Positions 59,201 through 61,536 of a stretch of DNA of 61,536 nucleotides are shown piece after piece. The notes below the pieces were generated by a model, which did no database searches, was not told where the DNA came from, and saw nothing but the letters and a program-made list of their open reading frames with translations. A program made the position numbers and the translations under genes. The DNA lies in NCBI GenBank assembly GCA_000934665.2, contig JYFJ02002200.1, positions 1-61,536 on the forward strand. The letters run 5' to 3'. Source of the DNA: Catajapyx aquilonaris. Taxonomy: Eukaryota. How positions within the stretch are numbered: the first letter of the stretch is position 1; every line of letters starts with the position of its first letter.

Positions 59201-60955
59201 ATAAAGACGGATGTGATTCTGTCTGTCTGTCTGTCCGTCCGGCCCGCCAACTATCTCATTCGCCTGCCGTCTGTGGTCCGCTTCCTGCACCTCCAACCTG
59301 TCCCGTCCTTCCGACCCGGCCACCTCCCGGACACTACCTCTACGTTCTTATCTTATCGCCTGCCGGGGCGTTTTGCAGGAGGTGCTCACCTGAGAGCGCC
59401 ATGAGACCTTTCACGGAGCATTTATGTGGCGACCCTACCGGCCCTATATGTGGGCCCAACGTGGACGCCCGACCATGTTAGGCCCCCCAATGTCGCGCTT
59501 CCCTTTTGTATACCTATAAAGTTCAGCGTAATCCGGTAGGGTCGCCACATAATAGCTCCGTGACAGGTCTCATGTCGCTCTCAGTCTGAGCACCTCCTGC
59601 AAAACGCCCCGGCAGGGGGTAGGTGGGAATGTTCAGACCTTAGTAGTCTATGACCATGGACCCGGCCTTCCTCAAAGTGTCATGGCGGCTCTCTGTGCGT
59701 GAAATTTTTTACGGGGCTACAGGTAGGTGTTATCCTTTCATTCATTTATTCCCGGGCAACGCGGGGTATCGCAGCTAGTAAATAATATGGAAGGTCGACA
59801 TCCTTTAACATTCCAATTGATTTGATGGATCGTGGTTCGCCTTCTGTGTGCCCATAATGGCCAAACAGGCAACCAATAGCAAATCGTCATTGATGGCTAA
59901 TATCAATCTTGTCACTTTCGACTTGTGCACATAAGAAACTCAGTGCTAGAAAACCACTAAGAAAACTCTGACTCACCTGTTTGTACAAACGGTATAGGGC
60001 TCGGGTTGGGCGTAGGGTCAGGTGTCTCAGGGGCACACTTAATTTCCATGACATGAGGAGGCGTGAGATCGACTCCATCTAGCCAAAAGAGACTAGGAAA
60101 CATCTTTCGCACTATGTTGACATACACAGTCTTGTTCTCGAACAGCTTGCACATCGGATTATTGTCGAGCCTCAACTCTAACAGGGGGAGGGAGGAGACG
60201 GCATCCAGTTTCTGCAGGTCTGCCAGTTGATTGTCGGACAAGATCAGGATCCTGAGATTGGGGGCCTTTGCGGTGAGCTGGCTAAAGAGGTCCAAGTTGG
60301 AGAGTGCGTTTTCCGACAGGTCCAAAGCCTTGGTTTGTGGAAAGCCCTCTCCTATGGTCTGGAGTACATGTGCTGCCACATTCGGACGGGTTAATGGTAC
60401 ATATGTGTCATGCAGCTCAGCATCACGATGGAAACTTTTCAGATCCAAATAATGGGTCTCAGGATTGTACCTAGTTGGAATGGAGTAGCAGAAAAGTTCA
60501 GCCTTGTAAATTCCAGAGCATACCTGAACTACGTATAAAATTGGTTTTAAAATATCGCAAAAGTAATTCAAGCATGTGCATGCACAACATTATTTTACAG
60601 GTAGGCTATATTCAATTAGTTGTTAGCATTTAGCAATTAGCATTTAATATCACCTGCGGGTCATCACATTCTTGATCCTCTCTTGGAGTTGCAACGTTAG
60701 CAAGATGGTTGGTGGTGGGGATGGCCTTACACTCAAATTCACCCTATTTCTAAATCCGACAGGGATACTCGGAATGTTGAGCTTGATCTCATTTGCAGCT
60801 ACAGAAGAATCTAGGTAGAAAACCGCGTTTGAGCCCTCCCACGAGAACCCCACTGGATGCAGGGGCAGGGACAGGGCAGCTTGCAGAGAATTAAGCAGCT
60901 TGGACATCTCCTGACCCACTGCATTATGGATGGTGACTTTGTGCCACACATATTC
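56212..60955 (-). CDS. NXF1: NXF1/TAP-family nuclear RNA export factor paralogue (RRM-LRR-UBA-UBA; 5' end unresolved)
   Basis: Exon 60955-60654 (WHKVTI...LHPVGFSWEGSNAVFYL, TAP RRM), exon 60470-59977 (RYNPETHYLDL...LDLSENAL...LELRLDNNP...FPSLFWLDGVDLTPP, TAP LRR) and exon 56657-56212 (two TAP-C copies: [26 protein letters not shown] and WSRKCLEDHQWDLNRA). Phases 2 and 1 match; AATAAA on the minus strand at 56077-56082. The family is certain, orthology to NXF1 itself is not. Confidence 0.85.
57293..58544. mobile_element. Non-autonomous TIR element (pogo/Tc1-like, TA TSD) in the NXF intron
   Basis: TA|AGGGAGATCG.GG...TTGTAAC / GTTACAATCGTCCCCGATCTCCCT|TA, with internal GTTACAACC repeats. Confidence 0.7.
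57571..57821. mobile_element. hAT (Charlie-like) MITE nested in the previous element
   Basis: CAGTGTTTCCCAA / TTAGGAAGCATTG ends, GCGACCCC sub-terminal motifs, imperfect TSD CATTAAGG / TCTTAAGG. Confidence 0.65.
58792..59778 (+). mobile_element. Non-autonomous Helitron with a triplicated 5' module and an internal inverted repeat
   Basis: A|TCCATATCAATAAAG start repeated at ~58997 and ~59195; ~80-bp inverted arms at 59359-59616; 3' CCCGGGCAACGCGGGG...CTAG|T. Confidence 0.8.
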
Positions 60956-61189
60956 CTGAAATAGAATGATGACAGCTGACAATGTAGAAGAAGAGAAGAA
61001 AGAATAGGGAGGGGAAATAATCTTGAGCATGGGCAGCATAGGCTGAACCAGTAAGAGTAGCGCAGTGGGTCCCAAACGGGGTGCCACGGATATCATGGCG
61101 TATAGAGGTGCCATGAAACGAATCGATACCGAGGGTGCTTTAATTTTATAAGATATAATAATAAGTGTCATAATACTACCTTTGATGTA

Positions 61190-61536
61190 CGAGGGGTGTT
61201 ATATAAGTTCGTGGTTTCGCCTAGAAGGAGAAGCAAATGCGGAAGCTAAACATCGCCATTAAATCGAGCCACCCTTCAAACCCCTATATCCACCCAATTG
61301 ACATAGGTGTCAAAGTCCTTGGGTTCAGAAATAATTCGGATGTGAAAGGGTACGCAGCATTTTGTGAAGATGGCGAACATCGCACATCGCGCGGTCATCC
61401 AGTACCTGGTGGCAAAGGGAATGGGTGCCAAGGACATCCTTGAGGACATGAAGGATACATTGGCTGGCGATGCACCATCCTACAGCATGATCCAGAAGTG
61501 GACTGCCCTCTTCAAACACGGCCGAGACAGCCTAGA
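61190..61536 (+). mobile_element. Mariner transposon, left end with transposase N-terminus (runs off the window)
   Basis: TA|CGAGGGGTGTT terminus. ORF from ATG 61370, MANIAHRAVIQYLVAKGMGAKDILEDMKDTLAGDAPSYSMIQKWTALFKHGRDSL, matches the mariner N-terminal HTH (irritans-like W..F..GR.SL.D). Confidence 0.85.

Overview
Eukaryotic invertebrate genomic DNA. It is probably arthropod, judging from many ~50-80 nt introns, a TTAGG tract, and mariner, Helitron and tRNA-SINE elements; the taxon cannot be fixed from sequence alone. Bases 1-22.9 kb are apparently non-coding: GC-rich, G/C-tract-rich islands between nested MITEs, Helitrons and SINEs. Three genes were reconstructed by hand from splice signals and frame continuity, and the ORF track largely misses them because they are split into micro-exons. 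(1) 23094-26529 (+): a ~265-aa secreted prepro-polypeptide with an 8-Cys head and eight KR/RxxR sites separating peptides, most with N-glycosylation sequons. (2) 29867-53004 (+): a ~44-exon, ~4,500-aa secreted polyprotein. It has a signal peptide, ~10 convertase sites, a one-repeat-per-exon Gly/Leu array, a Gln-rich block, four half-VWC-like modules, nine WAP domains, a Lys/Asp/Gly repeat and an 8-kb exon encoding an acidic Ser/Glu/Asp chain with periodic single Cys. It may instead be two genes or isoforms split near 37.35-37.6 kb. (3) 56212-60955 (-): an NXF1/TAP-family mRNA export factor with RRM and LRR, no visible NTF2-like domain, and two tandem TAP-C/UBA domains. A mariner transposon begins just upstream of it at the window end. 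The best candidates for new biology are the two-gene processed secretory-material cassette and the natural double-UBA NXF paralogue. All gene models are manual inferences without transcript evidence.
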